DNA from: Bigelowiella natans CCMP2755
Lineage: Eukaryota > Protista > Cercozoa
Direction of reading: 5' to 3'
Assembly (NCBI GenBank): GCA_000320545.1
Contig: ADNK01002375.1
Span: 1 to 64,000, forward strand
Length of the DNA: 64,000 nt
How positions within the stretch are numbered: the first letter of the stretch is position 1; every line of letters starts with the position of its first letter. A model generated the notes under the pieces. The model saw nothing but the letters and a program-made list of their open reading frames with translations, had not been told where the DNA came from and searched no databases. Of the stretch, positions 1-12,180 are shown in pieces. Made by a program: the position numbers and the translations under genes.

Positions 1-696
1 AGAGCGCCGAGTGATGCTTGTAGTCTCTTGAGATGCACAACACAAGGGAGAAGGTGAGATTGTTGGTAATGATGATGGATACTGATATTTGCGATTGGTG
101 ATTGATTCATAATTGATTGAACGACTCTCGAGTGATTCTGCTGCTGCTGCTGCTGCTGCTATATATCTAGGCTCGATACAAAGCGCAGGAGGTTGTGTCG
201 TTCCTTGTCGTGCTACTATCACGTGGAAAGTTCCCTTCCTCCTTACTCCCGTCATCATCATCGCCACCACCACAACCTGCTTTTCCTTCTCATGCTAGTG
301 CTGCTGCTGCTGCTGCTGGCCCCTCTTCCTACTACTACAATGATGGAATGGGGGACATGAAGCAACAGCTACGGCAGCAGCAGCCGAAGGAAAGTGAAGG
401 CTACAATGCGTTCTTAGTTATCTTAGCTCATTGCTGTCTCGTGCATCCAATGCCGTATCCTCCCCGCTTCACGGAACTTCTTACCCGTGTTTTGCGGGCC
501 AGCTGGGAGAGGATGGACAGCAACCAGGTCATAAAAAGAGAGGAGGGGGCGATGATAACGATTAGGATCATGTTTTGATCGATCTACCGTGAGAGCGCAT
601 TATGCGTGTGTGCGTGTGTGTGCGTGTGTGTGCGTGTAGTAACCTTAACGATGGAGATTAGTTAATATCATGTGTAAAGATACATCGTCAAATGAT

Positions 697-729
<33 letters not shown>

Positions 730-1025
730 TTAATGATGATGTTGACGATGATACCAAATTGAATGTGCTAATACCCTCCTCGTTCCGCCCCTCGCATTGA
801 TTGCTTGTAGTACGAGAACCTCCTCATCACGATATCAGACCTGCTGTATAAGCAGCCTGGCTTCGACTTTACGAACGTCACAAGCACTAAGCTTGTCGTC
901 CCCACCGAGTGAGTGAGTGAGTGAGTTAGGATATCGAGTGAGAAAAGTGATGGGTAGTAGTAGTAGTAGTAGTAGTAGTAGTGCGATCATCGCCTTTACG
1001 CAAGGGGTGTTATGTGTATGTGTGT

Positions 1026-1104
<79 letters not shown>

Positions 1105-3276
1105 AAAAGGAGGGGAGGAGGATGAGGGCAACGAAGGGCATTCAGGTGCATGGAGCTCCATTTTTCTTCGATATCTTACGTATCATTCCTGCTTTTTATC
1201 CCTGAATCATCTTGTCAGCTTTCGTCGTCATAACATCAACTTGCCGACGGTTGACACTGAGAGGAGCGTCTCTCCTCTCACTGGATCTGCTGCTGCTATT
1301 AACGGGGATGATGGTGGTGCCGTGGGTCGATCCGATAGCACTCTCACACCCCTGCAAACACCCAAAATTACCATTATTTCGGGCCCAAATAGTGCTAAAT
1401 ATTCTCAAAGAAAGCCAACAACGACCGGTAGGAACAAGCATGTTAATATATTCGCAGCAGCTATGTCAAATCAATCAAATAAGATAGCTCTAGATATATT
1501 TATGAAAAAGAAGCAAGCATAAATGTTACCGTCCCTTTTGCCTTCTCTCTCTCTCTCTCCCTCTCTCTCTCTCCTCTGTCTTTTTCTCTCTTTCGTGGTG
1601 TGGAAGATCTATCTTTCCTTCCAGTGTTCATTTCCTCCCCCTCCCCCTAATACTCCCCTTCTCTTTTTTCTCTAATATTTTTCTTCAGCCAAGTCGTCGT
1701 CGCAGCAGCCGAAATTATCTGTTCTTACAGAGTGGAAGAGCAGTGGAAATAAGACAGAGGATAGTAATAATAATGATAATAGTAGTAGTAGTAGTAACGG
1801 CGTCAACACAAGTATGTCGGATAAATATAAAAACTATGGTGGTAGCAGTAGCATTGGCCAAGAAGATGAAAAGGCTCGTGCAGCGGCCGATCTGGCTTTG
1901 AATGTCGCTCTGCAGCAACAGCATGGTGGTACTGATGGCGACACGAAGAAAGAGAACGGTGGAGTGGAAGAAGGGGGGAATGGTAAGAAAGGGGCCATTG
2001 ATAGAGGTAGGTTTCATCATCCATCAAAGCGAAGATGTGAGGAGGAGGGGGGAGTAGGAAGAGGAGGAACATCTTCCCATCATCATCATTGTTGTTGTTG
2101 AAGTATAGGGTTAGTGACGAATAAATATCGTGCATAGCTGCTTCATTTTCGTTGCCATGCTTTGATATATTACGTTACTACTACTATTGTCACCATCATC
2201 ATCGTCGTCGTCACCATTGCAATCTCATATCTCCCATAAATTAGCGACGGCTCTGGGTTCGCACATGGGGGAGGCAGCCGTCGCTGCTACAGCTGCTGCA
2301 GCGACGATGGGTAGAGGGGGTGCACAGGAATGGATGCCTCAATACAGAAGAGACCGGTACCGCTGCTGCTGCTGCTGTCACCCTTTTTTAAGATATTCTT
2401 TCCTGATGAACGATCTTTTCGCTGTTGTCAGTGCGGCATTTGTACTGCGAATGATGTCTGCCATGGCCCTTCCACACCCAAGACCCCAGCAGCAGCAGCA
2501 GCAGCAGCTCAAGGGGGGCAACGAGGGCCTCATGGTGAGGGGAAGCGAGCAGCACGAAAAAAGAAGAATATTCAAAACCAGCAAAGAAGAAGAAGAAACA
2601 CAAAGAGAGGCAGCAACAACCTTATACTACGCGTACACAGACAGGCAGATATAGAGGGAAATCAGAATCTTGATTCACCGTGTTATTTATTCTATCGTTT
2701 TGGTAAATATGGTTGGGATTGTTACGCCTTGTTGCTTGGGTCGTCCGTTGTGGACGCTTGGCGTGCTTGATGCCATTTCTACCCCTCCGTGAATAAACAA
2801 ATAATATGACAAAAACAAGTCATCTCCCCCCCCTCCCCCCTCCACACTCTCACAACATTCCTCATCTCCAAACGCTTGCAATCACAATATAAAGGAGGCC
2901 TTGGCGAAGACACGACTCTACACGGAGTGGCTGCTTTCTGTGTTTTACCCCCAAGGCCCTAACCCTGTGACCTCTAACATCGTCTGGTATATACAGCTCT
3001 CCAAGCAGGTACTCTCGCACTTGAATCAGCATGCCAAGCTGCTGCTGGACAACGCACCGAGAGAGGAACTCGTCGCTATTCTCAAGGAATTCAGGTAGTT
3101 GATGGGAGGAAGAAGAAGGAGACGAAGAGTAAGAAGAAAATGACTTTCCAAAAATATACGAGGCGGCAGCAGCACAGCAGCAGCATACGATAAATTAGTT
3201 CCAATTTCCTCCTCCACGTCACCACTCACCCATCTATCCATCATGCATCCACCTCCCTCCCTTCACTTCTTCTCCA

Positions 3277-3308
<32 letters not shown>

Positions 3309-4438
3309 TGCTTTCAGTGCGGCAGCGGAGGCGGCAGAGGCCCACGCACTAAAGCTGCTCACGGAGACGCTTACAACGGATTTTCCCAATCTTGCATATG
3401 AAGTGATAACATCTATATGCCAAGCTACCGATTCGCCTGCAAAGATACCGGAGAAGATAGAATCGTGAGTGCACCCAACCACCACCACGATGATGCCTAT
3501 ATGTCTCCATCAACATGCAATTTTACCTGCCAAGCCAAGCACAAGAATCATCTTCACTTGAAGCAGTAGCGTGGAAACTCCATAACGCTGTTTCAAATTC
3601 CTAATCATTATTTTCACTCCCCCTCTCTCCTCCTCCTCCTCCTCCTCCTCTTCTCCTCCTCCTCTTCACCCCCCTCCCCCCTTCCTCCTATGTGACTCAT
3701 CCAGATGCATCGTGACCGCGCTAGGGCGAGCAGATAATTCAACAGTGAGTTCTCGTCGCACACTAATCAAATCACCGCGGAAAGCATCTCGATTCAAGGC
3801 TGATAGCAGCAGCAGTAGCAATAGCAACGTCAGAAATGATGAGATTAGCTCATCATCTGGCATGAGTCTGCTGTACCCCTCGCAGAAGCAGCAGTCGAAT
3901 CACGCTGGTGGTCATAGTAAGAAGCTCATCGGCAACCGCGGTAAGTGGGCAATAGGCATGGATTATATCGATGGATGGAATACTGACGTTGTTGTCCTCC
4001 CCTCGTTAACCGTAGGATTCGGTTGGAAGCTTGTAGGGGAGTCGTTGGAGGTAAAAGGAAACAAGGATGGGAAGATCTTCATGGATGCCTGCAACCAGAA
4101 GGGCTGTGTCTTTGCGTTCTGTGGCATTGTCGTACGACAAGTCACATCCGCTCTCCCAGAGGCTTTCGGCATCCGAGAAAAAACGGTGGGATGCTGCAGG
4201 CAGTGTGTCATATTACTCTTATCATCATCATCTTCTGATTATCAAATTGCGGTGTTGTTTATCGTTGTTGTTTGTTTGGTGTTTGGTGATATCATTGTTT
4301 GTGCAATTGTGTGGCCTCTTCCTGTGGTGCCTTTTCCTCTCTCTTGCTTAGTCGAAAGCTGGCAATCTTCCAGCTTTCAAAGCAGCACACGATGCTGTTT
4401 ATAGACTCGCAGATAATCTCTACTCTATGACGTTACGG

Positions 4439-4496
<58 letters not shown>

Positions 4497-4800
4497 GCAC
4501 ACACACACATGCACACGTACACACACACACCGCGACTACACGTGCAGTTTGTTTTTCAACATGTCAGTGAACATTTATGCTGGTTGGTGCCATCATGATA
4601 TCTCATCCATCGTTTCCTATTCTACCAAGGCGTATCGAGACGGCGGACGGCAAAGCGGAGAAAACACGTCAGCTGGAGCATGCCATCGTAGCAGCCATAA
4701 GGGTCATCATTTCAACTCAAATCCAAATTCGAAAGCACTCTCCGTTCGCCTCAGAGGAAAGGAAACAGGTATAACTACGAACAAACAGCATCCACTGTAG
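1..4800 (+). CDS. Large multi-exon hypothetical protein (3' part; 5' end probably outside window)
   Basis: Chain of AG..GT-bounded exons between microsatellite-rich introns: YENLLITISDLLYKQPGFDF (811-909), LAKTRLYTEWLLSVFYPQGPNP..KEFR (2901-3095), AEAHALKLLTETLTTDFPNL (3320-3465), GFGWKLVGESLEVKG (4017-4185), SKAGNLPAFKAAHDAVYRL (4352-4437). Last ORF ends at TAG 4800. No family recognised. Confidence 0.5.
1012..1102. repeat. Compound (GT)n(GA)n microsatellite, intronic
   Basis: Visible directly; representative of dozens of similar arrays in the window. Confidence 0.95.
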
Positions 4801-4829
4801 TACGTACCCACTGTTAGCTATTACATTAT

Positions 4830-5248
4830 TGAAAGAAGGACGGTGATATAGCCGGTTGGATACTTCTCGTCCTCCTCCTCATGATCATCAGGATCTTCAT
4901 CTTCCCCATCACTATCTTCGTCTATCACCACCCACCGTTATTGCCATCAAAGTCATTACTTTCAATGTTCTCCCTCCCTCACCAACCAAAATAGATCTAC
5001 GACAATAGCGATGCGGTCTTCGTCGTACTGACTTCTTACCTCAAAAATGCGTACAAAGATGGTAAGTTCGGACAGAATACTTTCCAGGTAGAACGTACAA
5101 TGATGAGTCATTGCAGAGCATATATCATTACAAATGACTCTGATTGGATGTCCGTCATTAGACCTGGTTTCATACCAGATTTCTTTTCTTCCTCGTATAG
5201 GAACCGCTGCAGCCCCTGCATGCAATTCGCTAACACTTCTATTTTCCG

Positions 5249-5285
<37 letters not shown>

Positions 5286-5350
5286 TCTTCTTCTTCTTCC
5301 TCTTGTTCTCGTTGACCCCTCTCCTCAGAGACTAGGGGGCCGGATGGCAA
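4830..5350 (-). pseudogene. Fragmentary acidic ORF segments (possible gene remnant)
   Basis: Poly-E ORF 5108-5350, an overlapping different-frame ORF 4962-5225 and an acidic segment EDSDGEDEDPDDHEEEDEKYP near 4850-4925. No clean splice model. Confidence 0.2.
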
Positions 5351-5499
5351 AGTTTTTTGGCAGTAAAGGCAAAGGTCGTGAGCAGCTTAGTGTTGATTGA
5401 TGTGTTGAGCCTTAGAAATCGAATAGTAGGCAATAATATCTGTAGTTGCTACGCATCCTAATTATTTGGGGAGGTGTCATAGCGTTTTCTTATGAATTT

Positions 5500-6196
5500 T
5501 GAGCGGTTGAGAACGCCGACGTGACTTTTCTCTGAAACAAAGAGTGGGAAGAAGAAGCTGGTTTTTGGTACGAAGCAATCTATGCCAGGACAACAACCTG
5601 CTGTCTTCCATCCATCCCGTGCCGCTTGGTGTACTAATCATTGATTGAGTGCAATACTTTCCTTCCTTCACCTTCCTACAGATGAATTTACTCCGCGGTT
5701 TAGACTGCTGGCGCGGTCTTTGTACACATTTATCACCTTAAGAGAAGATTACGATAACCCAGCTGTGACAGCATCCTCGAAGAATAATACGGCGTTTTCA
5801 TGGAGAGTCAACTGTGTGGAGCAATCAAAGAGTCAACAGAAACTCATCAAGCACTTTATCGAGCAAACGAAGGCCAAACCATTCCGCTACCTCACGCGCC
5901 ATATCGAGGTCTGTAGGCTGTGTCATAACGACGACGAACAAACGCAAAAATACAGATGATGTTAAATACGATGTTTCTACACATGAAGTAAGATCGTGCA
6001 CTAATATCGAGAATATTGAAAAATTATGATAGTCATGATCCGATATTTTATCGAACAGGAAATCACAGAATTATTGAGTTCGAGCACCCAGACGTTGTTT
6101 GAAACCGATAAGTTCTTCACGAAAGTAGTCGTGATTCTCTTTCCAGGGTTGCCATGGCCGACACATTGGTATCATCCTGATGATATGTTTGGTTAA
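5500..6196 (+). pseudogene. Degenerate protein-like ORF fragments
   Basis: Protein-like pieces in shifting frames (DEFTPRFRLLARSLYTF.., IEQEITELLSS..WYHPDDMFG*) broken by stops, next to the TA-depleted island. Confidence 0.2.
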
Positions 6197-6740
6197 AAAC
6201 GATCCTCTCTAGAGAATTCATCTTAGTAGAAAATAGTTAGAACAATAGTAGGTGTTGTGGATGCAGCAAAAACGCACAAAGTCATGACATCGTCATTGTG
6301 CATGACATTTAGATGTGATAGATGCATCAAAATTTGCAGTTGAAATTCATCAAAATTGCAGTCATGCTATGATTTAGTGAGTGAAAGATCGAATGTTTCC
6401 TGCCGCAGTTCCTGCCTAATTTTGATTCACTCACACGTGCACACGTCAGTGCATGCATGTTCAGATGCAATTGCAGACATGCATCTTGCACAACATGGAG
6501 AAAGTCTAAACATGCTTGATGCAATGAAAATTTTCCACTTTTGAGCTGTCATCATTTTGATTTTGTCTCTGCAGCCACAGCTGATTCAGCGAGCTCGATC
6601 AAACGAGGCCTGTCCAAAAAATGACAGCATGAACGGATCTAGCTAGCTAGCTAGCTGGGCACATGCTAGCATGCTCGCATGCGTGTTGTGCGCTACATGC
6701 CAGCAGCACGCTTGCGCAGCAGACTTGGTGGCACACCGTG

Positions 6741-7120
6741 CCCCACACTTCGTTTCCCAACTGCAATCAGTGGCAAAGTGTCCAAAAAATCGCAACATGA
6801 AAATTTGCCTGCTGACGACCCACTGCTGAACTGAATTGCCAAAGTGACATCTAACATGGCAAAATTCTGCGAGCATCACGTGTCAAACACCCCACACACT
6901 CACTTCCCATCCACAATCAGTGGCAAAAACTGCGAAAATGCGCGAAACATGAAAACTTGCTAGCTTGCCCACTGACGACCCGTCAGCCGTAGAACTTGCG
7001 ACCGCCTGCTGCTGAACTGAATTGCTGGAATGACACCTGGGACATGGCAAAATCACAGGCACATCACACGTGTTTTGTGAAAACAACCTTTGTTGAAAGT
7101 GACATGGCAAAATCCACAGC
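6741..7120. repeat. Degenerate tandem repeat, ~150-180 bp unit (2 copies plus a partial)
   Basis: Blocks caatcagtggcaaa, acatgaaaa, ctgacgaccc, ctgctgaactgaattgc and acatggcaaaat recur in order at 6741-6882 and 6891-7072; gacatggcaaaat recurs at ~7101. Confidence 0.8.
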
Positions 7121-7515
7121 AGAGCAAGTGCCCCAAAGTTGACACACGTGGCAAATCCGCAAGAGGGACACACTTTGCGATGCTTTTGAGCCTTGCAGTC
7201 GTGTGATCACTCTTCTCACAAGGAGTTTTCCAAGTGATGCTTCCATTCGGAAAACCCTCGTCCATCTTTTTTCCAGGTGCATCCTCCATTCCGCCTGATT
7301 TCGTTTCCTTGGCGAGCATTCGGTGCTTCACGACACCACGTGAGCAAACGTTGCAATGAACAATGAACAATGAACAAAGCGTTGATCAAATCCACGTGCG
7401 CCAGAACCACGTGGGAGACAGGCGTTTGCACGCAGCAGAGCCTCAACAACACTCGTTGCAAGGACTTGTCAGCACCCTCTAGCCCTGTTGGCAAAATGGC
7501 TCCAATTGCAACCAG

Positions 7516-8130
7516 ATCGCAGAAAGTACCTGGTTGACATGAAGGCAAACATTGAGGGGGAAAACAAAGAGCACGGTGATGCTCCGTTGATTTGGGGTTC
7601 CTCTGAGGGCAATTTTGAGATCGCAAAGTGCCTGGTTGACATGAAGGCAAACATTGAGGCTGAAAACAACTGCGGTTGTGCCCCGTTGATCGCGGCTTGC
7701 ACAAACGACAATTTTGGGATCGCAAAGTACCTGGTTGACATGAAAGCAAACATTGAGACTGAAAATAGAAATGGGGACACTCTCTGTGACTTGACAAACC
7801 ATGATGAAATCAAAAAATTTGTCAAAGAAGTTTGCATTGAGCGACGGGTCCAGGTGTTCAACAGAGACTTGAAGGATTTGTGCATGTTGAGCACGGAATT
7901 GAAGCGAGGGCTGGGGGCGGAAATGGTCGTCATGAGCTCGAAAAATGGATGTGTGCAGGAGTAGATGCGCGCCATCTGCAAGGTGGGCGATCTTGGAAGC
8001 TTCATGTTGTCCTGTGGCCAATGTGAAGTAGAAAAAACGGCAGGATGGCAAGAGGAGGCGACAACATGCACATCGCTCTCGCTAGCTCGGCCAATTCGTC
8101 TCTTCGATCATTGCAAGCTCGATGTGTAGC
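7516..8130 (+). pseudogene. Ankyrin-repeat pseudogene, hypermutated
   Basis: Three ~33 aa repeats K[YC]LVDMKANIE at 7524, 7626 and 7725 with G-x-[A/T]-P-L. A 2-nt insertion at 7522-7523 relative to the other copies. In-frame TAG at 7962-7964, after which the frame stays open. No introns or clear start. Confidence 0.8.
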
Positions 8131-8780
8131 GCCTAGCCAAGCTTGAAATTGGTCGATGTCATCGATGCAAAAGTACATGCAATGAAGCAACACTTCCGCC
8201 AAGCATTCATTTGGAGAAAAGACCAAGTTTGCTAGCTTGCCTGGTGCAACATCATCTTGTTCAGAAAGCGGTGACGTAGGCCAACAACATGGCTACCAGT
8301 CGCATCACTGCACAAGTCTTCATCTGCCGCTCATTTAGTCATCCGTCGGATGACTTCCGCTGTGCCCGCAGAATGCTACATCTAGACATTGCTGGCTACC
8401 TGGTGCATTGATTACACGTCGCGTCGGTGATGATCCTCATGGCAATGTTTGCAATGATCGACGAAAATAGCCAATAATAGCTAGATAGCCTCAAATGTGC
8501 TCAATGTACACATTTGTGTTCGTCACATAATCATCTGTACGCCAGAGTGTGTATGCTCAGCAGTGCATGGCACGCCTAAGCTTCGCATTCGAACGACATT
8601 TAACCTTTTGTTACGACTCATGCAGCGCTAGTATAGGACATCCCTTTATGTACTAGATCGTTTGTGCTAGCAGTCGCATAACTAATGTCTATATTAATGT
8701 ATCTAAAAACATACATTTATATATGCTCTGTCTAAGTGCTATCGATATTTAAGTTTCTACGATTGTCTTTGGTTATTTGG

Positions 8781-10148
8781 TTATATTTTTGACATATTTG
8801 ACGTGTCTGTGGTTTCATTTTCTGTTAAAATTGTAACTAGCTCTGGCATTTCTTCATCATCAATATCAGATCCTGGGAGATGCACGAAAGAGTAGCATCA
8901 AATCGAAGGGACAACATAGGAAATGTCATTGTACTCTACGTCATTAGAAAGGAAAGAATTATGTGTTCCTACCTTCTTCCGCGGTTTCTGCATCCAGATA
9001 TAACGTTAATGGGTCGACCCAGAGTTGTGATCTAATGCTTTCCACGATGAGGGGACTTGTAGACGTTTGCTCAGAGAACCAGGTCACGAAAAAAGAGTCA
9101 GGATAATCCAGAGGTACCTTATTTTAAGGAGGATGGAGGGAAAGAGGAGGGTGAGGAATTCGCAATATGGCCATTTAGAGTGTTACTTTCAATAGTTCAA
9201 CCTTGGAATTAATCCAGGTTATCTGACCGTTTTCTACACGGACTATTTCCCCATTGTCGTTCTCAGTAAAACTTTTTTGGAATATGTTTTCTTTGAAAAA
9301 AGTGTTAGATTCTGCGTTGAATTCCTGAAGCATAAAATATTGGCATGGTAGTTGTTACGGCGCGTATATGAGCAACGCGAAATATCTGCGAGCCTTACAA
9401 ATGTAATCTTGTATCCACCGCCTTCCTTGCTCTCAATATCCTCCACGAGTATGGTACGTAGTGCAATGAGGATCTGCTCATCAATTTCTTCTAAATTCGT
9501 TGACAGTAGCTCGTGGTTCTACATCATTCCATTAAAGAGAAAAAACGTGAAATGAATAGCGATAGTATGGGATGGTAATAGGTGGCAACCTGAAAGATTC
9601 TTTTCCAAAACAAAGGAATTCGACCAACTAATCTTGCTTGCTTCGTCAAGAGGGGAAGAGACATCGCTTCATATTTAGCCTCAATCTGCATTTTCACAGT
9701 CAAAACTCATCCAAAAATATCCCTTGAATATAACAAGCAAGGGGATGGTGAAGCACCGATCTCTTAGCTAACGTGATTTCATTTTACTGCTGTCACAAGC
9801 TACGGTCAGGCTGCAACGACCGTTCGCACACACCTTCGATATTTCTTCCGAAGCTAATTATGTTAAACGTAAAAGCATTTGGTTAGCGCTGGCTCACGTA
9901 CGAACGAAGTTGATCATGCAATCTGCCCTACCTTCGGCGTTGAGGTTGTCAATCTCATTGCTAATTGAGGCGAGAGCGCTCATTGCAGCTTCGCTCTCTT
10001 CTTCCATCTCCTGATTCTTGTTGCTACCGCTCCCACCTTTCCCAATCTTCCTCTTCTCGTCATTGTTATCGTCCAGCTTCTCCCACGCAGCATCGCGATG
10101 CTTCCGCTTCCGTGTGGAACTCGTTTCGGACGAAGCGGTCGACGACAT
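8781..10148 (-). CDS. NAP/SET (nucleosome assembly protein family) histone chaperone
   Basis: Spliced motifs RIPLFWK, YKITF|EFNAESNTFFKEN, ITW, SFFVTWF, IRSQLWVDPLTLYL and an acidic tail; stop at 8781. Start is either 10148 or 10231 (with an extra intron). Confidence 0.85.
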
Positions 10149-10397
10149 TCCGATGGTCGTTCTATCGTTCGTCGTACCTCCTCTGCCAGTTGCTTCTCCG
10201 TGTCATTTGTTGTTGTAGTTGTTGTTGCCATTTCATTCTTCAAAAAAAACAAAAATACAGGGAACAATACCTACACACTTCACACTATGTAAAACCAAGT
10301 TTATGACTATGAAAATCACTTCGGTGTAACAACATAGCTGGGAAGTCAAGGGCGCGAAAAGAATAACTAACTAACTAACTAACTAACTAGCGAACTA

Positions 10398-11097
10398 TGG
10401 TATCGATGAAACAACACTCATACTCACTGGAACAATTTTTCTAGGAAGTTTTAGGTTGTTTGTAAGAAAGCCAAGAAAGGAAACACAACACCAGACTGGT
10501 TCCCCCTCCTCACCCAATAGAGAGCAAACGAGCGGAACACAAAATCTGTGGTATCGAGTACATCATTACTACTGACGCATACGGATTCTTAGATGCTAGG
10601 ACCGTAAATATCGAACGTCCACGTCGCTTGGTTTCGTGGATACATGCTATTGGTGGATGAATCATTGGTTTCTGTGTTAAACCAGGTTCATGCTTCGACA
10701 ACGTAAAGGGGATTCGAAGCGAAATAACCCTAAGCAAATGCTAGGATCAGGCTTCTTTAAAAATGTTAGTTTGCATCCCAGTTGACCACAATCTCTCCAC
10801 TCATTTAACCCAATTTATAGCGACCTGGTGGGATGCACGAGAATAATTCCGCGGTGACTCCATTTTAAGCACATTTTTCTATATCATTCTGACTGTTGTT
10901 ACGTCCTCAGGAATCAGGCTATCGCTTTGATTCGTTAATGTAAAATGTTGACATAATCTGGCCAATATTCTCAATGTTAACACTCATGCGATTTTGGTTT
11001 GGTTGACATGTTCAGATTTGACAAAGATGTCTGGGTTGTGCATGAAGATTTTGATAATAAGCTGGGAGATGACTGCGATGATGACGATCTTTCTTAA
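10398..11097 (+). CDS. Small multi-exon hypothetical protein
   Basis: Short AG..GT exons (FMLRQRKGDSKRNNPKQMLGSGFFKN; ESGYRFDSL; FDKDVWVVHEDFDNKLGDDCDDDDLS*). Start uncertain. Confidence 0.35.
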
Positions 11098-12180
11098 ATA
11101 CAATAGCTCGAAACGTCTGAGCGCTGGTGTGGTCACTCTATGAATAGGCATGAATTCATGTACGCAGTAGTTAGAAGATGATCACTTGTAGAGATCTATG
11201 CTGCATGCTGCAGAAATGTCAGGCTTAAATCACGTGGAAGGAAAACCTTCGATGTATCATATCGGTAAGGTTTCATTTAGTGGACTACAATTCTTTCGTA
11301 ATACGATATACATATGTAAAACAGAAACTAGACGAAAGGTAATTTCCAGCTTATTATTGCTGGTACACGCACTCCTCTAGTCCTACGTACGTTGCATGCG
11401 CGACTATCAATATGTGTATGTGCCACGCTTGCATGGCGTGTATGTATGCGGATGTTACGGAACAAGATTACCATGTAATGACTTTGTTGCAGGCGTCGTA
11501 GAAAGCTTATATATGCTTCCAGCGGTGATATATATTATAGCGACCTAGCTATATAGATGTAGCACTACATCATTGTACGTATGCTGTACGTAGCAACGCA
11601 GAAATGACACGCAGAGAACATATCCAGTAGTAAGCTCGCAAGCATTGTTTTGCACTACAAAAGCCATACGATCTAGATGCAGATGCACTATGCTATGCTA
11701 GTACGATACTCTTGTATGCAATTATATACAATTTTTGCGAATAATGCATGTATGTCTGCCGTAGTATCCGTACAATCGATGTAATAACATACAGTATAAT
11801 GCAAACACGTGCTAGCGTGGTGTGCATCGTATCGTACCTACATCTAGCTGTGCTCGTATGGGCGAAGCGACTACAACTGGATTGTAAGCAAGTGCTGAGC
11901 AAGTGCTGACGGCCTGCCTACGCATTGCCATGCTACGAAGAAATTCGTTCAGACCATTAAATAGCGCGCCCTGCATGGCTATCTAGCTATGTCCAGGTGC
12001 TGATGCATATTTTAAAACAGTATTTTGATGGTGTGACGCCTTGATGCGCACGAATTTAAGTTTCGATGATGGTGTAGAATTGCTGAGAATAATGATGAGG
12101 ACTCTGTGCGACCGCAGTCATTGGAGATACAAGATGTACTATGGTCACGATGATACTTCAAACCCAGTTAATTAGTGAGA

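Larger units (their letters stand above)
6260..8460. other. TpA-depleted hypermutated island A
   Basis: Manual count of 5 TA in 7021-7980 and none in 7021-7478. Survivors across the island are CTA, TAG or GTAC. Flanking DNA has abundant TA. Confidence 0.9.

Noticed and set aside
7216-8071. Three long minus-strand ORFs (190-200 aa)
   Set aside because: Antisense shadows of the ankyrin repeats. Loss of TA removes TAA/TAG stops, so long Cys/His-rich ORFs arise spuriously.
6260-8460. Classical RIP or CpG decay as the cause of the island
   Set aside because: RIP creates TpA, and CpG is still plentiful here; the ankyrin codons show A to G and T to C changes.
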